From an uncultured Verrucomicrobiales bacterium (GTDB taxonomy: Bacteria; Verrucomicrobiota; Verrucomicrobiia; Verrucomicrobiales; DEV007), in the NCBI GenBank assembly GCA_938091905.1, contig CALKOM010000085.1:1-55212 (forward strand): 55,212 nucleotides of DNA, in the 5' to 3' direction. Made by a program: the position numbers and the translations under genes. Positions within the stretch are counted from its first letter, which is position 1; each line of letters begins with the position of its first letter. A model generated the notes under the pieces. It was not told the origin of the DNA. It did no database searches and worked only from the letters and a program-made list of their open reading frames with translations. Shown piece after piece: positions 35,741-45,484 of the stretch.

Positions 35741-37216
35741 ATGACCCTAACGTCAGCACGGTTAGGCATCGTGGCTGGGCCTTTGGCCTTTGTTCTGGTG
35801 CTGTTCGGCTTTCGCCCGGAGGGAATGAGTGCTGAGGCAAATGCCGTCTTGGCATCGACTTTGTGGATTGCGATCTGGTGGATCACGGAGGTGATCCCCA
35901 TTGCCGCGACGGCCCTGCTGCCCATTGTGCTCTTCCCGCTGACGGGTGCCTTGGCATTGCAGTCGACGACCACGGCCTACGGGCACCGATACATTTTTCT
36001 CTACATTGGTGGGTTCCTTCTCGCGATCGCCATTGAGAAATGGGGGCTACACAAACGAATCGCTCTATCTATCATTCACGCCATTGGTACGCACATGACC
36101 CGGATCATTCTCGGATTCATGCTGGCCACAGCAGGGCTATCGATGTGGATTTCGAACACAGCGACCTCAGTGATGATGTTGCCCATCGGTATGGCAATTA
36201 TTGCTCAGATGCGAGGGAGTCTGGGCGCGAGTGATGACGAGAGCGACCGATTCGCTAAGGCGTTGATGTTAGCCATTGCCTACAGCGCGTCCATTGGAGG
36301 GATGGCAACTTTGGTCGGAACGCCGCCTAACCTGGTGCTCGCGGGAGTTGTGCAAGAACTCTATGGATACGAGATCAGTTTCTCGCAATGGCTGCGGTTT
36401 GGTCTCCCTATTTCACTGATTCTGTTAGCTATTTGTTGGCTTTACCTCACGCGGCTGGCCTTTCGTTTTGAAAGCAAAGCCTTGCCAGGCGGGAGAGCTG
36501 AAATCAAATCCCAGCTGGCATCGTTTGGACGGTTGTCGTTCGAGGAGAAAGGCGTGCTAGTGGTCTTCATCTTGACGGCACTCGCATGGATCAGCCGTTC
36601 ATTTATTCAGAAGCAGGTCGGGATTTTTCCCAAGCTAGACGACACTATCATCGCCATGATTTCGGGGCTGGTCTTGTTTATGCTTCCTTCGTGCCAGCCA
36701 AAGAAGCGGCTGTTAGACTGGGACGACGCGAAAGAGATTCCATGGGGCATCGTGCTCTTGTTCGGTGGCGGCATGGCCTTAGCCGAGGGGTTTAAGTCAT
36801 CTGGATTGGCGGCTTGGATCGGTGGGCAAATGACGTTGCTCGATGGGGCGTCTTTTATCGTGTTGATTGTCTTGCTCATCGCCTCGGTGAACTTTCTTAC
36901 CGAGATCACGTCGAACATCGCGACGACGTCTATGCTGCTCCCGGTGCTCGCTCCTATGGCATTGGCCATCAATGTGCATCCGTTTATCCTCATGGTTTCG
37001 GCTACGGTCGCAGCTTCTTGCGCTTTCATGCTTCCGGTTGCCACGCCTCCCAATGCGGTCGTCTTTGGTTCGGGGCACCTGCGCATACCGGACATGGTAC
37101 GTATTGGACTATGGATGAATTTGATTTCGATTGTGTTGCTCAGTGCCTTTGTGTATTGGTTGCTTCCGTTAGTGTGGGGGCTTGACCCCATGGCCTTTCC
37201 GACACGGTGGAAGTGA
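35741..37216 (+). CDS. SLC13/DASS family sodium:dicarboxylate or sulfate symporter
   Basis: WWITEVIP, SMWISNTAT, GGMATLVGTPPN, PWGIVLLFGGG, TEITSN.AT, AFMLPVATPPNA. Confidence 0.94.
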   Translation: MTLTSARLGIVAGPLAFVLVLFGFRPEGMSAEANAVLASTLWIAIWWITEVIPIAATALLPIVLFPLTGALALQSTTTAYGHRYIFLYIGGFLLAIAIEKWGLHKRIALSIIHAIGTHMTRIILGFMLATAGLSMWISNTATSVMMLPIGMAIIAQMRGSLGASDDESDRFAKALMLAIAYSASIGGMATLVGTPPNLVLAGVVQELYGYEISFSQWLRFGLPISLILLAICWLYLTRLAFRFESKALPGGRAEIKSQLASFGRLSFEEKGVLVVFILTALAWISRSFIQKQVGIFPKLDDTIIAMISGLVLFMLPSCQPKKRLLDWDDAKEIPWGIVLLFGGGMALAEGFKSSGLAAWIGGQMTLLDGASFIVLIVLLIASVNFLTEITSNIATTSMLLPVLAPMALAINVHPFILMVSATVAASCAFMLPVATPPNAVVFGSGHLRIPDMVRIGLWMNLISIVLLSAFVYWLLPLVWGLDPMAFPTRWK

Positions 37217-37258
37217 GAATTGGTCATTGATACCACCCGGGGAATTGGCTGCGGAAGG

Positions 37259-39984
37259 ATGGTGAACATCTCCCCCATCCTCGTTCTTGTTGGGAGTTGG
37301 CCTAGCTAGCTGTGCGCGCAAGCACCTTACCCACTAGACACGCTGACTAGTGGAGAGGGGCTTGTCGCCTACTACTGGAGCCTTCCGCCCGACGTCGGGA
37401 GAACCGCAACATCGGGCTGACGACGGTCCAAATGGTGCTGACAATGCGAATGCTGGCTGGGCGGACGAGAATGTTTATAACACATCTGCCACAGGAAACT
37501 TCGTTGCCACGACCTTTGACTACACTCACTAATGACCTAAATCTCATTAGTGAGTGGCTGGGAGCGGACAGTGATAGCCTATCAGGAGAAGATACGAATT
37601 TGGGAGATGCCGCGTTCCGCATGGTTGGCTATCTCCGTGTGGATGAGCCTGGCGAATGGACGTTCACCACGACGTCGGACGACGGTTCGGTGGTTTATGT
37701 GAATGGGCATGGAAGTATGACGGTTACGGGGACGATCGACTTACCTGAGTCTGGTTATTACCCAATCGACGTTCGCTATTTCAATGGCGATTGGACCAAC
37801 GATACTGGCGATCACGGTGGCGCGAATTTCGCGGGCGACGAGGGGTTTGAAGATGTGGTATCAAGGCTTGAGGGCGTTGAACCCTTCTATCAGCCCCCTT
37901 TGCCGGTCAATCCGGCGGTTTCGCTCGCGCACTACTCGTTGGATGAATTAGCAGGCGAGACTGTTCTTCGCGATGTGTCTGGTCGCCGAAGGGATGGGGT
38001 GTTTGATGGTGTAGAGCTCGAGTTGCCAGCTCTGGCGACGGGAACTTCAGCTGCATTTGAGGGTGGCGCACAGGCTGTTGTCGCGGGAAGGGAACTTCTG
38101 GCAAGAAACTTGACCGTGTCGCTGTGGTTGAATGCCAGTCAGCTCACAGGAACCCAGACCCTCGTGGGCAAAGGAGCTAGGGCGCCCGTCTACGTCTTGT
38201 CATTAAATGATAACAAGTTGGCATGGTTTGTAGAGGAAGAGATTGACCTGGAAACCTCTAGTGGCCTTATAATGCCTAACCAAACCTATCATGTGTCCGT
38301 AACGCACCGCGAGCAGGCGGGACAGGTGGAAACGGTGCTATTTCTTGACGGCGTGGAAGTGGCGAGAAACTCAGAGGGAGCGAGATTAAGTTTGGCCCCA
38401 AATACCGACGTCAACATTGGGGCATACAATAAGAACCTTTCCTTCAATGGTCAGCTCGACGATTTGCAGTTTTATGATCGCGCCTTGGATGCAGACGCTA
38501 TCAAAGGGCTTTTTGAGGAGTCTGGTAGTGTGACTAATGCTATACCGATGGGGGAATTGCCTCAAGGTGCCATCGCTGGTGGCCCCGAGGTGGTCGGTGC
38601 GGAAGGACTGGCTGGTTACTACTGGTTGCTCGATCCCAAGGAAGTGCCGTCAGGTGGGCGACCCATGCATCGACCGGATGACGGGCCGGCTGGTGTCCCT
38701 GGCGCGGATGCGGGTTGGGCCGATGAGAATTTGTTCAATATGAGCAACAACGGCAGCTTTGTAGCGACTTCATTTAATTACACAGGAAACGATCTGACAC
38801 AGGTCGGTGTGTGGACGGGTGAACAAGGCATCTTGGGTGATGCTGTCTTTCGGATGGTGGGCTATCTCTATGTGGATGTGCCCGGGAAACGATTGTCCAC
38901 AACGACCTCAGACGATACGTCCGTTCTCTACATCAACGATGAACGCGTGATCTCTAACAATACTAATGAGACGGTGACCGCGAGTGTCGAGTTTCCTGCG
39001 GCAGGCTATTATCCAGCGGATATCCGATTCTACAACGGCGACTGGACCAATGATGCGGCGGATCATGGCGGGGCGCGCTACCTTGGGCAGGCAGGCTTTG
39101 AAGACTTCGTGGTTTCTGTTGATGGGGTAGAGCCGTTCTATGTGCCTGAAGGTGCCGAGGTTCCTGGGAGGACAGACGAGCTTGAGCTATTGGCGGATCC
39201 CATTTCTGGCGGCCAGGAACTTGGTGGCGCCCCCGGACTAGCTGGCTACTACTGGGCCTTGGAGCCGAGAGGGGTTCCCACGTCTGGTGAACCTCTGCAC
39301 CGTGTTGGTGACAATGGTGGTGAGCGATCAGAATGGGCTGATGACAATGACTTCAACACTCAGAACGAAGGACGGTTTGATGCAGCTTCGTTGGACTACA
39401 GTGGAAACGATCTCACGCCCGTCGGAGAATGGCTGGGAGGAGACGATGATAGTCGTAACGGTGAAGACAGTATTCTCGGTGATCTTGTCTTACGCATGGT
39501 TGGTTATGTCTATGTGGATTCGCCAGGGGAGCGGACGTTTTCCACGACGTCGGACGACGGCTCCGTTGTCTATGTGAATGACGACCTCGTGGTGAGCAAT
39601 GACAACGGGCACGGGCCTGAGACTGTCATGGGCACCGTGGAGTTTCCTAAGGTCGGCTACTATCCAGTCGACATACGCTATTTCAATGGAGGCGCGACAT
39701 TCCTAGGGGAAGGCTTCGATGATGTGGTCTCAACAGTGGACGGTGTGGAACCATTCTACACACCACCTGAGGGTCCGGGCTCAGGTCGGACGCCAGCACT
39801 AACGGCGATTGTGGTGACTCCAGAGGAGGTCTCCGTGCAGATTCCAAATGGGGTAGTCTATGATATTGAATATTCTCAAGACCTCGTTTCTTGGGACGTT
39901 ATTGCCCGAGCAGAGGAGAGGAGTTCGTCTGATACGGATACTTCTCGTCTTGAAAGAAGGAAGGGCTACTACCGTGGGCGGTAG
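37259..39984 (+). pseudogene. Secreted protein with three PA14-like repeats and a LamG domain; 5' end broken
   Basis: ATG 37259 after GGAAGG gives MVNISPILVLVGSWPS*LCAQ...GLVAYYWSL (TAG 37307); frameshifts near 37390 and 37527; three repeats GLAGYYW...FRMVGY..VD.PG...TTSDD...GYYP.D.R.FNG; LamG ~37920-38520. Confidence 0.75.
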
Positions 39985-40114
39985 TGGAATAGGTCAATGT
40001 TCAGAAGAAGGCCGTAAATGCTCGCCGGTCGTTTGGTTCTGTCAGCTCGCTCTTCCGCATTTACTAGAGAGGACGAGACCTGGGCTAAATCTCGTCTAAA
40101 AAATGATGCGAAGT

Positions 40115-42229
40115 TTAATCGACGACAATCTGGCCAACGAGTTGGCGAAAGCGCCAGCTAGTATCGTCATCTGGTGCGCCCTGGGTCTGCTTCATGAGGA
40201 CGCCGATGATGCCCTCTTTGGGGTCTGCGAAGTACTGGGTGTTGAAATAGCCGCCCCAGTCGAAAGTTCCCTCACTACCAATACCACCTTTGGCTTGACC
40301 TTTGTCGGTGACCACGCCGAAGGCGAGGCCGTAGTGTTTGTCGCCTAAACCGAACAGGTCACCTGTTTGATTGGCCATGATGGTAGCAATGGTCGGCCGA
40401 CTGAGAAGGCGATGGCCGTGGAATTCGCCGTTGTTCAGGTACATCTGAAGGAAGTTGGCGTAGTCTCGAGCGGTGCTGGACAGCCCCGCGCCACCGGAGA
40501 AGAAGGTCTTCGCGCCTTTGATCGGATAGTCAGGATCATAGAACGTTACGGGATAGCTTACCCAGTGACCATTCTCCGGTTTCTGCACGGTGACGAGGCG
40601 TGATGCTCTGCTCTCTGGCAGGTAGAATCCGGTATCGTTCATTCCGAGCGGCGTGAAGACACGTTCTTGGAGGAAGACATCGAAAGGTTTTCCTGAGACG
40701 ATCTCTATAAAGTAACCAAGAACGTCGAGGCCCTCGCTATAGGTGAATTTCTCACCGGGATGGTGATGTAGTGGAAGCTTGGCAAGTTTCTTTACGCTTT
40801 CACCAATCGTGATGGGTTCAGTCGTAAAGAGGTCTGTGACACCGGCATCCACGTAGATCTTCTTCATGCGTGAATCAGCATCAATGACGCCATAGCCGAG
40901 ACCTGAAGTATGGGTGAGCAAATGGCGAATCGTGATGGGCGTCTTTGCTGGTTCACTGGTCCACGTACCATCGTCTTCGTTGTAGCCATTGAGAACACCG
41001 ACGTCTTTGAACTCAGGGATGAACTTGGAGATAGGATCGTCGAGTTGGAAATGACCCTCTTCCCAGAGCATCATGACCGCTGTAGAGGTGATGGCTTTTG
41101 TCTGCGAAGCAATGCGAAAGATGTCGTTTGGCTTCAGCCGACGGTTTGACTGATTGTCGGCCATACCGAAGGCTTTGAGATAGACCTGTTTCCCATGTCG
41201 GGTGACCATGGCGACGAGCCCCGGCACTTTCCCCTGAGAAACGGCTTCTTCGCAAAGCTTATCAATTCTCTTCAGGCGTTCTAACGATACGCCGACGGAT
41301 TCGGGTTTGTGGCCAAAGGCATGTTGACTGTGCCAGTGATGTTGACGGGATTTCTTGTTGCCCACTACCAGCATAGGAACGTGGTAAAGTGACTTGCGCG
41401 CCGTAATGAAGAGTTCGTTGAACTCCTTGCCGCCAAAGCAGACATTGGCGGGCTGCTCATCAACCGGGATCATACCGAGCTTCTCGCCCTTGGGAGAGAA
41501 GATGTGAATGCCGCCGTTCGCGGTTGTGTAAAGATTCCCTCTCACATCCATGCACATGCCATCGCTACGGATATCGAGCTCGAAGACAGGCTCGCTCAGT
41601 GTCTTGCCGGCAATGACATCAAACGCGAGGACTTTGCCAAATTTACCAGTGCCAGACACGTAGAGGCGTTTTTCGTTTGGTGAGAAGACGATCCCATTCG
41701 GCATGTCGAAATGCTTGCTTACGACGGCCATCTCCTTGGTGGCTGGATCGAAACGATAGACCCATTTGCCTTCGACTTCCGGTGGCGTATCGCCAAGACC
41801 ATATGAAGGATCTGTGAACCAGAGCGTGCCATCAGATTTTACGGCGATGTCGTTGGGTGAATTCAGGCGTTTCCCGTTGTAGCTATCGACGACGACCGTG
41901 ATCGATCCGTCCTTCTCCGTACGAATCACGTTGCGTCCCGAATGCTGGCAGGTGAGCAAGCGCCCTTCGAGGTCAAGCAGGTTGCCATTGGAGTTCCTCG
42001 AATCACGAAACTCTGTCAGTCCGTTGCTCTTGCTCCACTGCATGAGTTTGCTGTTCGGGATATCGCTGAAGACGAGGATCTTCTTCTTGGGAAGCCACAC
42101 AGGTCCTTCGGTGAACTTCATATCTGTGGCCAGCTGTGCCACCCTGGCCTCCGGAGAAACCAATTTGGAAAGATCTGCTTGGACCTGGGTGAGTGACAAG
42201 AAGAAGAGTAGGGCTACCGATCGTTGCAT
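40115..42229 (-). CDS. Fusion: SMP-30/gluconolactonase + class C beta-lactamase-like serine hydrolase
   Basis: Signal peptide; FTEGPVW, LNSPND, FTDPSYG, PNGI, SDG; then FRIASQTK, LLTHTSG, PGEKFTYS, GGAGL.ST, WGGYFNT. Confidence 0.88.
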   Translation of the reverse strand: MQRSVALLFFLSLTQVQADLSKLVSPEARVAQLATDMKFTEGPVWLPKKKILVFSDIPNSKLMQWSKSNGLTEFRDSRNSNGNLLDLEGRLLTCQHSGRNVIRTEKDGSITVVVDSYNGKRLNSPNDIAVKSDGTLWFTDPSYGLGDTPPEVEGKWVYRFDPATKEMAVVSKHFDMPNGIVFSPNEKRLYVSGTGKFGKVLAFDVIAGKTLSEPVFELDIRSDGMCMDVRGNLYTTANGGIHIFSPKGEKLGMIPVDEQPANVCFGGKEFNELFITARKSLYHVPMLVVGNKKSRQHHWHSQHAFGHKPESVGVSLERLKRIDKLCEEAVSQGKVPGLVAMVTRHGKQVYLKAFGMADNQSNRRLKPNDIFRIASQTKAITSTAVMMLWEEGHFQLDDPISKFIPEFKDVGVLNGYNEDDGTWTSEPAKTPITIRHLLTHTSGLGYGVIDADSRMKKIYVDAGVTDLFTTEPITIGESVKKLAKLPLHHHPGEKFTYSEGLDVLGYFIEIVSGKPFDVFLQERVFTPLGMNDTGFYLPESRASRLVTVQKPENGHWVSYPVTFYDPDYPIKGAKTFFSGGAGLSSTARDYANFLQMYLNNGEFHGHRLLSRPTIATIMANQTGDLFGLGDKHYGLAFGVVTDKGQAKGGIGSEGTFDWGGYFNTQYFADPKEGIIGVLMKQTQGAPDDDTSWRFRQLVGQIVVD

Positions 42230-42317
42230 TGATCCAGAGTTCCATGGTCCGGGCCTTCGGTGCGAGTCAATTCTGCTGGACAGAGATGCCAGTGACCCGT
42301 GATATCTTTGGGTGGCT

Positions 42318-43457
42318 ATGGGATCTAATCAGGTTGACGTCATTGTTGTCGGTGTTGGCACCATGGGGGCTGCGGCAGCCTATCATTTGGCGAAACGTGG
42401 TGCTTCAGTTCTCGGGCTGGAACAACATGCCATTCCTCATGCTCTTGGGGCGCACCACGGGTTCTCGCGCGCGATTCGTTCAGCATACTATGAACATCCA
42501 AACTACGTGCCGCTACTGCAACGGGCGTTCGCGTTGTGGGAAGATCTTGAAAAGACATCGGGTTTGAAGATCATTTATCGGACTGGAGGGGTATACATGG
42601 GTGCGGAAGACGCCGTGTTCATCACTGGGGCGACGCGAGCGGCGAATGAACATGGTCTGTCCTATGAACTCCTGAGCCATAGTGATCTTGGTGGTCGGTT
42701 TCCCCAATTCAGTTTGCCCTCACATTATGCAGGGTTTCTCGAGAAAGACGCAGGTTTCGTCGTCCCTGAGACGGCGATGAGTGCTCATCTTGAAGGGGCC
42801 CTTGCCGCTGGGGCAAGGTTGCTAGGGCATGTGCAGGTCGAAGGTTGGGATTCGACTAGCACTGGTGTGACCGTTCATACATCAAAAGGCCGTTTCACGG
42901 CGAAGCATCTGATTCTCACAGCGGGGGCGTGGTCGCCTTCTTTGTTGGGCTCCCTGCCGATCACCCTCACGGTGACTCGGCAAACCTGGGGTTGGTTCTG
43001 GCCGAATTCGACGGCGCCGTTTTCCTACGGGACGTTGCCAACGTGGTTCGTCGAATCAGAGCCTGGCTACGGCTACTACGGCTTTCCTATGATGCCCGAC
43101 AACCCGGGTCTCAAGATCGCGTATCACAAGCCGGGAGAACCGGTGACGCCGTCGACTGTGCGACGTGAGGTCTGCCGGGAATCAGATGAGCCGCCGTTGC
43201 GTCACTGCTTGGAACACTACCTATCCCAGCGAGATGGTGATTTATTAGCGCTGCGGACTTGCCTCTACACCAATTCGCCAGATGGACACTTCGTCATAGA
43301 TGCCTATCCTGACAAAGCCAACGTGACGATGGCCTGTGGCTTTAGCGGTCACGGATTCAAATTCGCGCCCGTGATTGGAGAAATGCTTGCCGAATTCGCG
43401 TTGGATGGAAGGTCCAATCTTCCCGTGGAGTTTCTTAGGATGTCACGCTTTCTGTAG
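42318..43457 (+). CDS. solA: N-methyl-L-tryptophan oxidase / monomeric sarcosine oxidase
   Basis: GVGTMG, HHGFSRAIR.AY, TAGAW, TCLYTNSPDGHF, GFSGHGFKFAP. Confidence 0.9.
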   Translation: MGSNQVDVIVVGVGTMGAAAAYHLAKRGASVLGLEQHAIPHALGAHHGFSRAIRSAYYEHPNYVPLLQRAFALWEDLEKTSGLKIIYRTGGVYMGAEDAVFITGATRAANEHGLSYELLSHSDLGGRFPQFSLPSHYAGFLEKDAGFVVPETAMSAHLEGALAAGARLLGHVQVEGWDSTSTGVTVHTSKGRFTAKHLILTAGAWSPSLLGSLPITLTVTRQTWGWFWPNSTAPFSYGTLPTWFVESEPGYGYYGFPMMPDNPGLKIAYHKPGEPVTPSTVRREVCRESDEPPLRHCLEHYLSQRDGDLLALRTCLYTNSPDGHFVIDAYPDKANVTMACGFSGHGFKFAPVIGEMLAEFALDGRSNLPVEFLRMSRFL

Positions 43458-43569
43458 TGATCGGGGCGAATCCTGCGGCTCATCTTCGTTCTCGTCCGGG
43501 GCCTATCTGGTTCTATAGATTCGATTGCGACCCGTTCTTGTTCCTTCTGATTCCTGGCAGTCACAGAAG

Positions 43570-43595
43570 CAAAATCGAGTCCCGCCTCGATTTTG
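43570..43595. terminator. Hairpin, probably a bidirectional terminator between solA and ftsY
   Basis: Perfect stem CAAAATCGAG / CTCGATTTTG with a 6-nt loop, between convergent genes. Confidence 0.7.
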
Positions 43596-43608
43596 TGTGG
43601 GAGAGGCG

Positions 43609-44457
43609 CTAGAGGATCTGATCTACAAAGCGCTGGGCGTCGAACTCCTCGAAGTCGTCTTCAGATTCACCGGTGCCGATGAATCTCGGGCTCACTTCCA
43701 ATTGCTTCTGAATCGCAGCAACGACGCCGCCCTTACCGCTGCCGTCGAGCTTGGTCACGATGAGACCGGTCATCTTGGAAAGGGCCGCCTGAAACTCCTT
43801 GGCTTGACTGACCGCATTTGATCCGGTGGTGGCATCCACGACAATGAAGACTTCGTGTGGAGCATCGGCGTCTAGTTTGCCTAGCACACGTTCCATCTTG
43901 CCTAGCTCTTGCATCAAATTGTGCCTGTTGTGTAGGCGTCCTGCAGTATCGCAAAGAAGAAAGTCCACGCCCTTCTTGCAAGCGGATTGGTAAGCTGCGT
44001 AGCAAACCGATGAAGGATCGGCTTTGTAAGCTCCTTTAACGATCGGGATGTCAAGACGCTGAGACCAGATCTCGAGCTGCTCAATGGCGGCAGCCCGGAA
44101 AGTGTCGGCGGCAGCGAACATAACCTGATGGCCTTGATTCTTGAGCCACTTACCCAGCTTTGCCGTCGACGTGGTCTTGCCGACTCCATTGACTCCGACT
44201 ACGAGAACGATGCTGGGGCCATTGCTGGGACGAGCCATGGGCGGCGTCTTGGCAGGCAATAGTTTGCGAACTTCTTCCCGACAAGCAGCAATGACGTCGT
44301 CGCTCGTGAGCGAGCGACCTCGATCTCGGAGATCGTCGATGATCTCCATGGTCAACGGGACCCCGAGATCACCGCCGATAAGCTCTTCTTCGAGATCATC
44401 CCAGTCGATGTCAGTCTTGCGGAAACGTGAGGCTATTTTAGAAAATAAACCGGCCAT
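43609..44457 (-). CDS. ftsY: Signal recognition particle receptor FtsY (NG domain only)
   Basis: GVNGVGKTT, DTFRAAA, DTAGRL, DATTG, TKLDGSGKGG, GTGE. Confidence 0.96.
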   Translation of the reverse strand: MAGLFSKIASRFRKTDIDWDDLEEELIGGDLGVPLTMEIIDDLRDRGRSLTSDDVIAACREEVRKLLPAKTPPMARPSNGPSIVLVVGVNGVGKTTSTAKLGKWLKNQGHQVMFAAADTFRAAAIEQLEIWSQRLDIPIVKGAYKADPSSVCYAAYQSACKKGVDFLLCDTAGRLHNRHNLMQELGKMERVLGKLDADAPHEVFIVVDATTGSNAVSQAKEFQAALSKMTGLIVTKLDGSGKGGVVAAIQKQLEVSPRFIGTGESEDDFEEFDAQRFVDQIL

Positions 44458-44466
44458 TGCGAGTTG

Positions 44467-44895
44467 TTAGGAAGAAGACGGACGTGATTTGCGAACGCTG
44501 TCGAGAAGGCCATTGACGAAGCCAGAAGATTCTGTTGAGCCAAAGCGTTTGGCAATTTCAATGGCCTCATTGATCGAGACGGGAGCGGGAATGTCATCGC
44601 AATGGAGGATTTCGTGGATGGCAAGTCGCAAGATATTACGGTCCACCGCAGCAAGTCTCTCCATCCGATAGTTTTCTAGCTTCTCTGTTAGAAGCGTATC
44701 GATCTCCACCTCGTGCTCAAGCACGCCGTCGATCAGTTTCTCAGCAAAGGCCCGCGCCTCTGGTCGAATCGGCCGAACTTCCCAGAAGGCTTCCAGGGAT
44801 TCGAGACGTTCTTCAGGATTGATTTCCTGGCAGTAGAGAAACTGGATGGCGGCTTCGCGGCCGATCCGGCGCCTACCCAGTTTTGTCGATGACAT
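44467..44895 (-). CDS. nusB: Transcription antitermination factor NusB
   Basis: RRRIGREAAIQFLY, DRNILRLA..E, INEAIEIAK.FG, FVNGLLD. Confidence 0.96.
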   Translation of the reverse strand: MSSTKLGRRRIGREAAIQFLYCQEINPEERLESLEAFWEVRPIRPEARAFAEKLIDGVLEHEVEIDTLLTEKLENYRMERLAAVDRNILRLAIHEILHCDDIPAPVSINEAIEIAKRFGSTESSGFVNGLLDSVRKSRPSSS

Positions 44896-45388
44896 CAGGA
44901 TAAGTTTCTCTCAGCTTGGTAAACAGCTCGGCCATGGAGACGGCAGCTTGGCCAGCCTCAGTCCCTCGATTTAGATCTTCGCCCAGGCAGCGTTCTTCGG
45001 CCTGTTCTTCATCATCAAGCAGAAGGATCTCGTTGATAATGGGCACCTGAGAAGTGATGGCTACCTCTTGGAGCGCCTGGAAGACGGAGGTGGACACCAA
45101 GTCGGCATGCTCGGTTTCGCCGCGAATGACAACCCCAAGAGCCAAGATGACGTCCACATTTGTGTGTGTCGTGACATAAGAAGCGCACACGGGAATCTCG
45201 AAAGCTCCTGGCACGCGGTAGAGTGGCACAGAGGCATTAGGCATGCTGGCGAGGAGTTCATCTCGGGCATGCTCGATCATAGCAGCAACGTAGTTCTCGT
45301 GGAAGGTACTCGCAATGATGGCCACCGTCTTGCGGGGACCGATCAAACGAGGGCGACGTCTAAGAGAGGAGGAAGATGGGCCTGCCAT
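44873..45388 (-). CDS. ribH: 6,7-dimethyl-8-ribityllumazine synthase
   Basis: VPGAFEIP, LGVVIRGETEH, NRG.EA; upstream of nusB. Confidence 0.94.
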   Translation of the reverse strand: MAGPSSSSLRRRPRLIGPRKTVAIIASTFHENYVAAMIEHARDELLASMPNASVPLYRVPGAFEIPVCASYVTTHTNVDVILALGVVIRGETEHADLVSTSVFQALQEVAITSQVPIINEILLLDDEEQAEERCLGEDLNRGTEAGQAAVSMAELFTKLRETYPDVIDKTG

Positions 45389-45484
45389 AGCGGGCAGTAA
45401 CTGATCGAAATCCCTGGAAAAGGCAACAACGGAAAGAGGAATAGTTCTGAGCTGAGAAATTGGGATCTTCTGTCAGGCTAGAGG

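Noticed and set aside
36607..37278. 223-aa minus-strand ORF
   Set aside because: Antisense shadow of the DASS transporter
40072..40096. Hairpin GACGAGA/TCTCGTC as a terminator
   Set aside because: Short stem, 11-nt loop, and no U-tract on the correct side for either strand
33108..42229. Two beta-lactamase-like domains as antibiotic-resistance genes
   Set aside because: They show generic class C-like serine hydrolase motifs typical of esterases and peptidases; nothing supports true AmpC activity
45389..45484. FMN riboswitch upstream of ribH
   Set aside because: The spacer is only ~95 bp and lacks RFN conserved motifs
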